Source of the DNA: an uncultured Christensenella sp.
Lineage (GTDB): Bacteria; Bacillota; Clostridia; Christensenellales; UBA3700
Assembly (NCBI GenBank): GCA_910583995.1
Contig: CAJTYW010000003.1
Span: 80,492-144,491 of the forward strand
Direction of reading: 5' to 3'
DNA length: 64,000 bases
Within the stretch, counting starts at the first letter, position 1, and the number at the start of each line of letters is the position of its first letter. This document shows positions 27,803 through 37,985 of this stretch, piece after piece. A model generated the notes under the pieces. The model worked only from the letters and a program-made list of their open reading frames with translations, made no database searches and was not told where the DNA came from. Made by a program: the position numbers and the translations under genes.

Positions 27803-30290
27803 ATGCTAATATATCAGGTTCAATATTTTCAACTTTCTTTTTTTGCATTTTGGTTTTGTGCATAAACAATATTGCAATTATTGTAAATGCTACTATTGCA
27901 ACCGAAGTAATAGTTATTGCAATAATTTGATTTGGTGTTAGACCATTTGCTTGTAAGTTTTCATTTAAAATATAACCTATTTTGTCTTTATAAAACACTT
28001 TAGTAAAAGTACTTTCAGGGTTATATTCTCCTACAATTTGAATATCTTCTCCATCTTTTATATCGTCAAATAATATTTCTGAATTTATATCCGCTTGTTC
28101 GTATATTTTGATGTTAGTACCGATTTTCGGAGCTTTTGTTTTCATAAATATAATATTTTGCTCAGGAGTAGTAGGGACTTTTTTAGCAAGATAATCGGCA
28201 TTAACATAACCAGTATAATTTTTGCCAGCACTATTAATTGTTATTTCATACCAGTTCCAGCTACTATCAGATATTTTGCTATTACATATAACTTCAGTTT
28301 TAGGAGTTAATGTAAATTCCTTATCGTCAATTTTAAGCTTTTCGGAATATTTAAATGGGTATTTGTAAACTGCAACATTGCTAACTATTGCAGACATTTT
28401 TTGCCCTTTTAATTTAGTGTCTTTTGCTAAAACTTGTAAATCTTGTGCCAAAATATATTCCTTTTGAGACAAGTGTTCGGCAGTTACATAGTAATAATCA
28501 TTTTGAGCATAAGTTATTTTTGCCAAAATCAAAAATACTGAATCTTTTGGGATATGTCTTGCAGATTCCGGATTGTTAGGTGTGATATAGGCAGTTGTTT
28601 CATTTATGATTTTTCCTGCGTTTATTATATCAAACTCTGTAGGAGTATCGTCAAAATGAATATTTTTTGTGCCTATTAAACCAATTTTTTCGCCGTCTAT
28701 CTCAAATAACAAATGGTCATCTTCGCTAGTATAGTAGTAGTGAGCATTAATGCTATCAACAGCTGTTGATATGTTTGAGTCTTTTGAGAAAAGATTTATT
28801 ACATAGTCTTTCTCACGGGTAAACCTGCCGTTTTGTGAGTATTTTGTAATAGTGCCATCTTTTTCAACATACAAATTACCCCTAAAGTCAATATTGTAAT
28901 TTCTACCTGCGGCAACATTTGTTGTATCAGTAAAAACAGCTTTTTCAGTGTTCTCTAAATCGTATTTTGCAATGTATCCTGTGGCTTTATTAATTAAATA
29001 AGCATAATTTGTGCTGACAGCGGTAGTTATTTCGTCTGCTGCAATACTAATGTTTTTAATTAGCTCGGTAAGAGTACTACCATCATAAGTCAAAACTTTA
29101 CCATCTTTTAAAACTAGCAACTTAGTATTGTAAACAGCAATTGATTGTACATTTTCTGCAATTAATTTATTGCTATCGTCATAAAGATTATTTTGATTAT
29201 CAATATAATAAATACGACCGCTTACTGCTGCAACTTTTATTGGAGTGTAGTCTACAGGAAAAGCTGTTCTTTCTTTATTTGAAATATTACGCTTTACAAT
29301 TCTTTTATTGTTAGTATCTGCAATGTATAAATAACTTCCGTCGCTAAAAACGCTTTTTGGACTATCAAATCTTTGTATATCGTCGCCTTTACTTGTTATT
29401 GTGTTTTCAAATGCGTCATTATTGAATAAGTAAACTTTATGATTTTGAGCGGTAACATACAATTTATTATTGCTAAAAACCAATTTGTTAAAGTTTATTT
29501 CTTCATTGTATATTTGATTTTGAGCAGAATTTTTATATAGCTTACCACCTGCAATAAAATAAACTTGATTATCCACAACATAGTAATCTGTAAAAATGTT
29601 TCCAATATCTATTGTATGAATATCGACAAAAGAATTTGTTGCGTTGTTGTATTTTTTAATAATTGTGTTAGTGGTAGTGCTACTGAAAACATAAATTTCG
29701 TTGTTTATTATTTTTATATTGTTAACACTATTTACACCAATACCTATATTTAAATTGTTTTCTACTTTATTGCTTAAAATATTTTCTTTAGTTTCAGTAT
29801 CTGTAGTAATATCGTAAGTTGCAATGCTATTTGCAAGAATGATTGCAAGCTTATTATCTTTTTTACCGATTGACAAAATGTTTTGGTAATCAATATCTTG
29901 ATAAGATGTTTTAATTTGGGTTTCTGTATCAACAATACACAAGTTTGTGTTGTTATCTTTTATTATAAGTGCGATTATTTTGTTCCCAACAATTGTAAGT
30001 TTATCAATTCTCTCATCATTGCTTTGGGTTAAGTCTTTATAAAAGTAACTATATTTACTATCTTGCTTTTGAACAAAAAGAGTTTTCTCGTTTGCGACAG
30101 CTAAGTAATCGTCCGTTTTGTCTATTGCAATAGGATTGCTTAATTTCATATATCTTGCCATATCGGATAATACTACAGGCTCAAGCGTGTTATCACTCTC
30201 GCGTGCAAAATCTCCTTCTGCCAAAACGATTGGGAAGGCAAGTATTACTATTAATAGAATAAATATAATAAAAATAAGCGTTTTTTTCAT
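27801..30290 (-). CDS. Large surface protein: signal peptide, beta-propeller/NHL-like repeats, SH3b-like domains, C-terminal TM anchor
   Basis: N-terminal MKKTLIFIIFILLIVILAFPIVLAEG. NHL-like YLYIADTNNKRIVKRN. SH3b-like WYEITINSAGKNYTGYVNADYL and KVFYKDKIGYILNENL. C-terminal TM plus basic tail. Confidence 0.7.
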   Translation of the reverse strand: MKKTLIFIIFILLIVILAFPIVLAEGDFARESDNTLEPVVLSDMARYMKLSNPIAIDKTDDYLAVANEKTLFVQKQDSKYSYFYKDLTQSNDERIDKLTIVGNKIIALIIKDNNTNLCIVDTETQIKTSYQDIDYQNILSIGKKDNKLAIILANSIATYDITTDTETKENILSNKVENNLNIGIGVNSVNNIKIINNEIYVFSSTTTNTIIKKYNNATNSFVDIHTIDIGNIFTDYYVVDNQVYFIAGGKLYKNSAQNQIYNEEINFNKLVFSNNKLYVTAQNHKVYLFNNDAFENTITSKGDDIQRFDSPKSVFSDGSYLYIADTNNKRIVKRNISNKERTAFPVDYTPIKVAAVSGRIYYIDNQNNLYDDSNKLIAENVQSIAVYNTKLLVLKDGKVLTYDGSTLTELIKNISIAADEITTAVSTNYAYLINKATGYIAKYDLENTEKAVFTDTTNVAAGRNYNIDFRGNLYVEKDGTITKYSQNGRFTREKDYVINLFSKDSNISTAVDSINAHYYYTSEDDHLLFEIDGEKIGLIGTKNIHFDDTPTEFDIINAGKIINETTAYITPNNPESARHIPKDSVFLILAKITYAQNDYYYVTAEHLSQKEYILAQDLQVLAKDTKLKGQKMSAIVSNVAVYKYPFKYSEKLKIDDKEFTLTPKTEVICNSKISDSSWNWYEITINSAGKNYTGYVNADYLAKKVPTTPEQNIIFMKTKAPKIGTNIKIYEQADINSEILFDDIKDGEDIQIVGEYNPESTFTKVFYKDKIGYILNENLQANGLTPNQIIAITITSVAIVAFTIIAILFMHKTKMQKKKVENIEPDILA

Positions 30291-30486
30291 ATATCCCTCT
30301 TATAAAGCATATAATTACATTTTGATTATACACTAAATGTTAAAAAAAGTAAACATTTTTCTTTTAATTTTAAATTTGTCTTGCAAGTTTATGGAAATTA
30401 TGCTACAATAATTAGGATATTAAAATAATTATTTATAACAGCAAATAGTAGTTAATTGCTGCATATATATGACTAGCGGAGGCAAT

Positions 30487-31659
30487 ATGTCTAAAAATAA
30501 ATTTGTAAAACCTAATCAAGATTATATGCCTGAAGGGGATAGCAATCTTTTACAAAAAGATATTGAAGAATTGGGTTTAAGTGAATATACTTTGTCAAAA
30601 CTAAAAAGTGTGGAAATTTGTAAAATTATAGATTTGGCAAGATGTCAAATGAAACACTTATATAAAATCCCTGGAATGAATAAAAAAAACATTTTTGAAG
30701 TTCTTAAAAAATTGCAAAATGCAGGTTTGGATTTGAAAAGGTCGCCTGTTTTAGCGACAGTGGCAGAAGAAGGCTTACATAGCAAAAACGATGCAAAAGA
30801 TAATAGCGAAAGTGTAAAAGTCACAGGTAATCAAGACAAAAAAGCGGATAATAAAAAAAATAAGGACAATAAAAAGGAAAATATTGCTAAAAATAAAGGT
30901 AAAGGACAACCTGTAGTTGCAGAAAACAATACTGCGGAAATAGGGGCAAAGCAAAATAATAAAAACTTTGACAAAAAAAATAAGCAGGATAAAAAGAATA
31001 ATTCTGATATAAAACAAAATCAAAACAATGATAATAAAGTTGCTTTTGGAAATAAGAAACAGGCTATACCACAAAAACAAGTAAAAGTGGGAAATCCTAA
31101 TCCGATAAACAACTCTCCGCAAAAGCCACAAGCTGAGCCTAAGCGAATGAAAGTTAACAGCTATGATATTGATTCATTTATAAATGAAAATACATCTGGC
31201 AAGAAAACTTTGAAACAAGAGAGAGAAGAAAAAATTGCAAAAGCAATAAAAGATTTGCCACCTGTTAAAAATGCTGACGGACTATATAAATTTTACAGAC
31301 ACGGCAAATGGGGATACAAGACAGAGTCAGGTAAAGTGGTAATAGAACCAACTTATACAGAAGCTTTTAATTTTAGAGAAGGGCTTGCTTGTGTGGAACT
31401 TGACGAGAGATGTGGTTTTATTAACAAACAAGGTGAAATTGTAATTCCTATTCAGTATGATACAGCTTGCAGTTTTAGTGAAGGTGTTGCATCTGTAACA
31501 AAAGGCGACAAATGCGGTTATATAGATAAGGAAGGTAATATTGTTTTTGATTTTGTATATGAAGCTGCAACTTCTTTTGAAAATGATATTGCACTTGTTA
31601 AAAAAGACGGCAAATGGGGTTATATGGATAGAAAAACAGGAGAAATTAGACTTAGATAA
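30487..31659 (+). CDS. Protein with RNA-polymerase-alpha-CTD-like helix-hairpin-helix domain, N/K-rich linker and C-terminal WG (KWG) repeats
   Basis: ATG after GGAGG. IEELGLSEYTLSKLKSVEICKIIDL...IPGMNKKNIFEVLKKLQNAGLDL resembles the RpoA CTD. Repeats GKWGYKTESGKVVIEP, CGFINKQGEIVIP, CGYIDKEGNIVF, GKWGYMDRKTGE. Confidence 0.7.
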   Translation: MSKNKFVKPNQDYMPEGDSNLLQKDIEELGLSEYTLSKLKSVEICKIIDLARCQMKHLYKIPGMNKKNIFEVLKKLQNAGLDLKRSPVLATVAEEGLHSKNDAKDNSESVKVTGNQDKKADNKKNKDNKKENIAKNKGKGQPVVAENNTAEIGAKQNNKNFDKKNKQDKKNNSDIKQNQNNDNKVAFGNKKQAIPQKQVKVGNPNPINNSPQKPQAEPKRMKVNSYDIDSFINENTSGKKTLKQEREEKIAKAIKDLPPVKNADGLYKFYRHGKWGYKTESGKVVIEPTYTEAFNFREGLACVELDERCGFINKQGEIVIPIQYDTACSFSEGVASVTKGDKCGYIDKEGNIVFDFVYEAATSFENDIALVKKDGKWGYMDRKTGEIRLR

Positions 31660-31729
31660 AGTAAGTTTTAAAATTTTTGTTTTTACTTAAATATAAAGAT
31701 AATAATAAAAATAATATTAATAAAAATTG

Positions 31730-31765
31730 TCGGTTGCTTACAAATTAAGTAGCCGATTTTGTTTT
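31730..31765 (+). terminator. Intrinsic terminator after the WG-repeat gene
   Basis: Stem TCGGTTGC / GTAGCCGA (two G-U pairs) followed by TTTTGTTTT. Confidence 0.6.
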
Positions 31766-31906
31766 ATTGTGTAGAATTTTGTAATTTTAAAGCATTTTAA
31801 ATTGTGATATGAAAATATGCTATTATTTGCAAATGCTCATTTGTTAATTTAGCAAGTATTTTTTATGCGTAGTAAAGGGAATTATTGAAAATTTATAAAA
31901 AACCGC

Positions 31907-31938
31907 AACAAAAATCGGGACTACTTTTATAGTCCCGA
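31907..31938 (-). terminator. Intrinsic terminator after gdhA
   Basis: Stem TCGGGACTA / TAGTCCCGA with a T-run on the minus strand. Confidence 0.8.
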
Positions 31939-31988
31939 GATTTTGTTTTATATCAATATTTAGAATTTTATTTTAAACTAATTGGTTA

Positions 31989-33344
31989 TTAGATGATGCC
32001 TTGAGCCATCATAGCTTCAGCAACTTTCTTGAAACCAGCAATGTTTGCACCAGCAACCAAGTTGTAACCAAGACCTTCGCTTTCAGCAGCTTCCATAGAG
32101 TTTTTATGGATAGTTTTCATAATTTGGTCAAGTTTAGCATCAACTTCTTCAGCAGTCCAAGAATATCTCATACTGTTTTGGCTCATCTCTAGTGCAGAGC
32201 AAGCAACACCACCAGCATTAACTGCTTTTGCAGGAGCACAAACAACACCATTTTCCATTAAGTACTCAAGAGCTTCGTTAGTAGTTGGCATATTAGCAAC
32301 TTCAATGTAATATTTTACGCCGTTTGCAACGATTTGTTTAGCATCTTCGATTCTAACTTCGTTTTGAGTAGCACAAGGCATAACGATATCAACTTTTTCA
32401 CCCCAAGGCTTTTTGCCTGCAAAGAATGGAACGCCGAATTTGTCAGCATAGTCTTTAGCTTTATTTCTACCAGATGCACGCATCTCAAGTAGGTAATTGA
32501 TTTTTTCTTCAGTGTTTACGCCGTCTTTATCATATATATAGCCGTCTGGACCTGAAATAGTAACAACTTTACCACCAAGCTCAGTGATTTTTAATACAGC
32601 ACCCCAGCATACATTACCAAAACCTGACAAAGCAAATGTTTTGCCTGCGATTTTGTCATTAAAGTGAGCTAAAACTTCGCGAGTGAAGTAAGTAGCACCA
32701 AAACCAGTAGCTTCAGGACGAATCAAGCTTCCGCCATAAGATAGACCTTTACCAGTTAAAACACCATTTTCAAATGTGCCTTTAATACGTTTGTATTGAC
32801 CATATAAGTAACCGATTTCTCTTGCACCAACGCCGATATCACCAGCAGGAACGTCAACGTCTGGTCCGATATATTTGTAAAGCTCGGTCATAAAGCTTTG
32901 GCAAAATCTCATAACTTCTGCATCTGATTTACCGCTTGGGTCAAAGTCTGAACCACCTTTACCACCGCCGATAGGAAGACCTGTCAAGCTGTTTTTGAAA
33001 GTTTGTTCAAAACCTAAGAATTTCATAATTCCCATATAAACTGATGGGTGGAAACGCAAACCGCCCTTGTAAGGTCCGATAGCACCATTAAATTGTACTC
33101 TGAAACCTCTGTTAACTTGAACATTACCGTTGTCGTCAACCCAAGGAACTCTGAAAGTGAAAGCACGCTCTGGCTCAACCATTCTTTCAATTAGGTTAGC
33201 TTTAACATATTCAGGGTGTTTTTCGATGATAGGCTCAAGAGATTTCAAAACTTCTTCAACAGTTTGAATAAACTCTGGCTCATTAGCATTTTTCTCACGA
33301 ACTTTTGCTACTACATCTTGTAGATATTTGTTAGTAAATTGCAT
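31989..33344 (-). CDS. gdhA: NADP-specific glutamate dehydrogenase
   Basis: KGGLRFHPSV, LPIGGGKGGSDFDP, GFGNV dinucleotide motif, 451 aa. Confidence 0.95.
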   Translation of the reverse strand: MQFTNKYLQDVVAKVREKNANEPEFIQTVEEVLKSLEPIIEKHPEYVKANLIERMVEPERAFTFRVPWVDDNGNVQVNRGFRVQFNGAIGPYKGGLRFHPSVYMGIMKFLGFEQTFKNSLTGLPIGGGKGGSDFDPSGKSDAEVMRFCQSFMTELYKYIGPDVDVPAGDIGVGAREIGYLYGQYKRIKGTFENGVLTGKGLSYGGSLIRPEATGFGATYFTREVLAHFNDKIAGKTFALSGFGNVCWGAVLKITELGGKVVTISGPDGYIYDKDGVNTEEKINYLLEMRASGRNKAKDYADKFGVPFFAGKKPWGEKVDIVMPCATQNEVRIEDAKQIVANGVKYYIEVANMPTTNEALEYLMENGVVCAPAKAVNAGGVACSALEMSQNSMRYSWTAEEVDAKLDQIMKTIHKNSMEAAESEGLGYNLVAGANIAGFKKVAEAMMAQGII

Positions 33345-33573
33345 TATACTTACCTCCGAAGTTAATTTCTAATTGAATTAATTATATAACAAATTTATTT
33401 GAATATCAATAATTTTAAAACAATTTTTTTAAATTTTGCTAAAACAATTACTTAATGTTGATATAGTATATGGTTATGATAATTAATATCGTGCAAGATT
33501 TTTATTATATTTTATATGTTTTACGCTTTAATGTAAAATCTGCAATCTTCGATAAAAAAGTAAAAGTATAGGG

Positions 33574-33602
33574 TTGACTTTACTTTATTATAATGGTATA
33601 CT
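33574..33602 (+). promoter_or_regulatory. Sigma-A promoter with extended -10 (TTGACT-17-TGgTATACT) for the riboswitch-ATPase transcript
   Basis: TTGACT at 33574-33579, TG at 33594-33595, TATACT at 33597-33602. Confidence 0.6.
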
Positions 33603-33692
33603 TATAAAGTAATATTAATAATATTTAATATATCAATATTTAAATGTTTATAATTTCTTTAATTTATTAATATATTGTAACAACTGAATATT

Positions 33693-33816
33693 AAAGGGAG
33701 TAGTTTAAGTATGCTATCAACAATCCCGCCGTAAAAGGCTGGTAGTATACGCCAACATTTGGTTACAAGACTTTTTATACTAAGGCAAATGGCTATAAGT
33801 ATAAAAGGTCTTTTTT
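33693..33816 (+). promoter_or_regulatory. yybP-ykoY (Mn2+) riboswitch with terminator expression platform
   Basis: 5' AAAGGGAGUAG (compare conserved AAAGGGGAGUAG) and 3' GGUUACAAGAC (compare ..AGCAAGACC). A 14-bp terminator stem (33767-33780 / 33799-33812) plus T-run overlaps the 3' aptamer strand. Lies upstream of a P-type ATPase. Confidence 0.7.
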
Positions 33817-33879
33817 ATATAACAAACAATTATATGTGAAATTGTACAATTTGATTTTAATACTAATTTAGGAGAATAA

Positions 33880-36540
33880 ATGATGAATTTATTTAACAAA
33901 GAGAAAGAGATAGTTTTAAAAGAAATGAAAACTTCTATAAACGGACTATCTACAGCTGAAAGCAATGCACGAATTGAAGAATATGGTGAAAATAAACTTT
34001 CCGAAAAAAAGAAGAAAAGTGCAATAATTGTTTTTTTGGAACAATTTAAAGATTTATTAGTTATAATTTTGCTTATTGCGGCAATCATTAGCGGCGTTAC
34101 CGGCGAGTGGGCAGGTATGGCAGTTATATTTGTTGTTATAATTATGAACGCTATTTTGGGTACTGTTCAGTATCTTAAGGCAGAAAAATCGCTTGACGCA
34201 CTCAAAAAGTTATCCGCACCTAGTGCAAAAGTTATGCGTGACGGCGAAGTTGTGACTATACCTTCCGAGCAAGTTACAATAGGTGATATTATTGTTTTAG
34301 AAGCCGGTGACTTGATAGTTGCAGACGGAAGAATTATAGAAAACTATAGTTTGCAAGTAAATGAAAGTTCTCTAACAGGCGAGTCTACAGCAGTAGAAAA
34401 AACAGACTCTGTAATAGAAGGCGAAAATGTAGCATTGGGTGACCAAGTAAATATGGTGTTTAGCGGTTCACTTGTAACTTATGGCAGAGCAATTATGGTT
34501 GTAACGGCAGTAGGTATGCAAACTGAAATAGGTAAAATCGCTAAACTTATGAATGAAACGGGGGAAAAACTTACCCCATTACAAAAAAGCCTTAACAAAT
34601 TTAGTCAAATGCTTGCTATAATTATTATGGTTATAAGCATTGTAGTGTTTGGACTTACTTTGTGGCGTAGCTTTGACTCTGACAATGTTTTAAAAACAGT
34701 TTTAAATTCCTTTACCTTTGCAATAGCGCTTGCAGTTGCAGCTATACCTGAAGCATTAGGTAGTATAGTAACAATAGTGCAGGCAGTCGGTACAAGCAAA
34801 ATGGCAAAACAAAACGCTATAATAAAAGATTTGTCTGCAGTGGAAACACTTGGTGCAGTAAGCGTAATATGTTCGGACAAAACAGGTACGCTAACTCAAA
34901 ATAAAATGACAACTCAAGAAGTTTATGTAAATGGCCGTTTTAAGCGTGGTGAAGATATAGACAAAAACGAATTTGGCGAAAATATGTTGCTTCACGAAAT
35001 GGTTTTGGTCAATGACAGCACGCATAGAAGTGGCGACGGAATAGGCGACCCGACAGAAATAGCACTTACCGTGCTTGGAGAAAAACTTGGTGTTGACGAG
35101 ATAGATTACAGAAAAAAATATCCGAGACTTGCAGAAATTGCTTTTGACTCAGACAGAAAACTAATGAGCATATTAGGTGAATATAATGGTAAAAAATATA
35201 TGTTCACAAAAGGTGCATTAGATGTTATTTTAAGTAGAGTAGATAGCATTGTTGAAAACGGAAAGGTTAGAAAATTTACACCAACTGATAAAAAAAATAT
35301 AGAGAATGCAAATTTGGAACTTTCACAAAAAGGCTTAAGAGTTTTAACCTTTGCTTTTAAAGAGTTTGATAAAGATACAATTAGCGTGCAAGATGAGTTT
35401 GGCTATACATTTGTAGGATTGGTAAGTATGATTGACCCGCCAAGAGAAGAGAGTATGGAAGCAGTACGCAGGGCAAAAATTGCAGGCATAAAGACAATAA
35501 TGATTACGGGCGACCATAAAATCACGGCAGGTGCTATAGCAAAACAAATCGGGATAATGGAAGATGACGATATTGCTTTAAATGGTGTTGAGCTTGATAA
35601 AATGTCGGACGAACAGCTTAATAATATTTTGGATAAAGTTACAGTATATGCAAGAGTTTCACCTGAAAATAAAATTAGGATAGTGGAAGCTTGGCAAAGG
35701 CGTGGTAATATAGTTTCTATGACAGGTGACGGAGTTAACGATTCTCCTGCACTTAAAAAGGCTGATATCGGTGTTGCAATGGGCATAACGGGAACGGAAG
35801 TAAGTAAAGACGCTGCATCAATGATTTTAACAGACGATAACTTTGCAACAATAGTAAATAGTGTATCAAATGGCAGATGCGTTTACAATAATATTAAAAA
35901 TGCAGTAATGTTTTTATTGAGCGGAAATTTAGCGGGTATCTTTTGTATACTTTTAACTTCTGTAATGGGGTGGAACATTCCGTTTACAACAATACATTTA
36001 TTGTTTATCAACCTTTTAACTGATAGTTTACCTGCAATTGCAATAGGAATGGAACCTGCAAGTAACGATTTGTTACTGCAAAAACCGCGAAACCCTAAAG
36101 AACCACTTTTATCAAAAAATGTGCTGTTAATGATTTTATTGCAAGGATTTTTGATATTTGGTGCAACAATGGGTGCTTATAGCATAGGTAAATTTGCAGG
36201 ACTTAGCGATACACTTGCAACTACAATGTCATTTTTGACAATTACACTAGCAAGACTATTCCACGGCTTTAACTGCAGGGGAAGACTGAGCGTTGCAAAA
36301 CTTGGTCTCAAAACTAACTGGTATGTTGTGGGAGCTTTGGGTATAGGTGTGGCGTTAATGTGCTTTGTTACATTTGTACCAGGACTTAATAGCTTGTTTG
36401 AGATTTCAAGCGATTTGTTAGCAAAGCCACAAATGATTGGATACATTGTGTTGTTTGCTATAATGCCTACAATTATGATTCAAATTGGTAAAATGGTAAT
36501 GGAATTGTATAAAAAATTTAGTGAAAAAACTATTAAATAA
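33880..36540 (+). CDS. Cation-transporting P-type ATPase (Ca2+/Mn2+ type, P2A/PMCA-SERCA-like)
   Basis: CSDKTGTLTQNKM phosphorylation site, MITGDH, TGDGVNDSPALKKADIGVAMG, about 10 TM segments. Confidence 0.9.
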   Translation: MMNLFNKEKEIVLKEMKTSINGLSTAESNARIEEYGENKLSEKKKKSAIIVFLEQFKDLLVIILLIAAIISGVTGEWAGMAVIFVVIIMNAILGTVQYLKAEKSLDALKKLSAPSAKVMRDGEVVTIPSEQVTIGDIIVLEAGDLIVADGRIIENYSLQVNESSLTGESTAVEKTDSVIEGENVALGDQVNMVFSGSLVTYGRAIMVVTAVGMQTEIGKIAKLMNETGEKLTPLQKSLNKFSQMLAIIIMVISIVVFGLTLWRSFDSDNVLKTVLNSFTFAIALAVAAIPEALGSIVTIVQAVGTSKMAKQNAIIKDLSAVETLGAVSVICSDKTGTLTQNKMTTQEVYVNGRFKRGEDIDKNEFGENMLLHEMVLVNDSTHRSGDGIGDPTEIALTVLGEKLGVDEIDYRKKYPRLAEIAFDSDRKLMSILGEYNGKKYMFTKGALDVILSRVDSIVENGKVRKFTPTDKKNIENANLELSQKGLRVLTFAFKEFDKDTISVQDEFGYTFVGLVSMIDPPREESMEAVRRAKIAGIKTIMITGDHKITAGAIAKQIGIMEDDDIALNGVELDKMSDEQLNNILDKVTVYARVSPENKIRIVEAWQRRGNIVSMTGDGVNDSPALKKADIGVAMGITGTEVSKDAASMILTDDNFATIVNSVSNGRCVYNNIKNAVMFLLSGNLAGIFCILLTSVMGWNIPFTTIHLLFINLLTDSLPAIAIGMEPASNDLLLQKPRNPKEPLLSKNVLLMILLQGFLIFGATMGAYSIGKFAGLSDTLATTMSFLTITLARLFHGFNCRGRLSVAKLGLKTNWYVVGALGIGVALMCFVTFVPGLNSLFEISSDLLAKPQMIGYIVLFAIMPTIMIQIGKMVMELYKKFSEKTIK

Positions 36541-36563
36541 AATAAATACTAGGAGAAGAAATT

Positions 36564-37007
36564 ATGTTATTAGATGAAATTAGAAGCAAATTTAATGAAG
36601 CAAGAAAAGCAAAAGATGAAACTACAAAGTCTGCACTAGAAGCAGTTATCGCAGGTGTGCTTTTAAAACAAAAAAGTGGTAAAGGCGAAGTAACAGATGC
36701 AGATGTTATGGAATGTGTTAGTAAAGAGATAAAAGTTCAAACAGAAGTTGCGGAATTATATAAAGAAAAAGACCCTGCAACTTCAAATATAGCTTGTTGT
36801 AAAATTGAAATTTTAAAAGAGTTTTTGCCAAAGCAAATGACTGAAGAAGAAGTGCTTGCTCTAATAAAAGAAAAGGATATTTATCCTGACGCATCACCTA
36901 AAACAAAGGGTATGATTATAAAAAGTATTATGCCTATTATTGCTTGTAAGTTTGACAAAAGCAAAGTTAATGGACTTGTTGAAGAATACCTTAAAACAAA
37001 ATGTTAA
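36564..37007 (+). CDS. GatB/YqeY domain protein
   Basis: 147 aa with the typical N-terminus LLDEIRSKFNEARKAKDE..K..L. Confidence 0.8.
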   Translation: MLLDEIRSKFNEARKAKDETTKSALEAVIAGVLLKQKSGKGEVTDADVMECVSKEIKVQTEVAELYKEKDPATSNIACCKIEILKEFLPKQMTEEEVLALIKEKDIYPDASPKTKGMIIKSIMPIIACKFDKSKVNGLVEEYLKTKC

Positions 37008-37843
37008 TTTCCTTTTTAAAACAATTTAATATCGATTTTTGTGCGGTTTGTGACAATAATATTACAGATATAGTATTTTTAATGCCATATTATCCGTTTG
37101 AAAATTATGACAAAAATTGTGCTAGAATAGATAGTTTTTATATCGCATCAAATAGCCTATATAAAAAAGTAAAAGTGATTGAAAAAAAAGCTATTGAAAG
37201 CGGTTTTGAAATTGTTAAAAGACCCTTGCATCTTAAAAAAATAGCACAAAAAGGCGGGCTAGGCAGCGTACTTGATAATATGTTGCTTGCAAATAAAAAT
37301 TACGGCACTAAAGTAACTTTGCAAGGCTTTTCCGTAAAAGGACAATTTGAGTATATTTCAGACGGAATTGTAAATAAAATTTGCGATAGCTGCCATAGGT
37401 GCGATATTGCTTGTCCAAATAATGCTTTATGCAAAGGCGAATTTACAAGAGAAAAATGTATTAGACACAAGCAAGATTTTGCTAAAGAATACTATAGTAT
37501 AGTAGGTAGCAGAGTTCTTGGTTGTGAAGAATGCCAAAATGTATGTCCATATAATAGCCATATTGAAAAAATAAAAATGCCTGATAATATTGCTGAAATT
37601 TTTGATATTCAAAATATTTTTAATATGATAAGAAGTGGCAAACGTTGTATGGCACCTATTAGTGATTTGATTGGTAGTAATATGGCAAGACCGACTTTTA
37701 TTTTTAATTTGGTTATTAATAGCTTGCTTGCATCAAACAATTATGAGTATACAGATATTATAAAGAGTTTTGTAAATAGTAATAATGAAGATATTAAAGC
37801 AAAAGTTCAATTTTATTTAGATTGTGTAAACAAAATAAAATAA
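37001..37843 (+). CDS. 4Fe-4S dicluster protein, epoxyqueuosine reductase (QueG)-like
   Basis: CDSCHRCDIACPNNAL and GCEECQNVCPYN cluster motifs. Shorter than the canonical QueG. Confidence 0.5.
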   Translation: MLISFLKQFNIDFCAVCDNNITDIVFLMPYYPFENYDKNCARIDSFYIASNSLYKKVKVIEKKAIESGFEIVKRPLHLKKIAQKGGLGSVLDNMLLANKNYGTKVTLQGFSVKGQFEYISDGIVNKICDSCHRCDIACPNNALCKGEFTREKCIRHKQDFAKEYYSIVGSRVLGCEECQNVCPYNSHIEKIKMPDNIAEIFDIQNIFNMIRSGKRCMAPISDLIGSNMARPTFIFNLVINSLLASNNYEYTDIIKSFVNSNNEDIKAKVQFYLDCVNKIK

Positions 37844-37956
37844 ATTTTATTGTATTTATATTTGACAAATTGCGAGCTAATTAATTGTTGATAGGATATT
37901 TGATATTTAAAATGTGACAAAAAGGAACAAAAATAGTAAAATTACCCCCTTGCTTT

Positions 37957-37965
37957 ATGGTATAA
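37957..37965 (+). promoter_or_regulatory. Extended -10 promoter element TGgTATAAT upstream of the 377-aa gene
   Basis: Read directly. There is no good -35. Confidence 0.4.
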
Positions 37966-37985
37966 TTTAGCTTGGGGGTGTTGCT

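Noticed and set aside
27724-27930. 68-aa + strand ORF
   Set aside because: It overlaps the bidirectional terminator and the 3' end of the 829-aa gene. It is a hydrophobic shadow frame.
33780-34088. 102-aa minus-strand ORF
   Set aside because: It overlaps the riboswitch terminator and the start of the P-type ATPase gene. It has no RBS.
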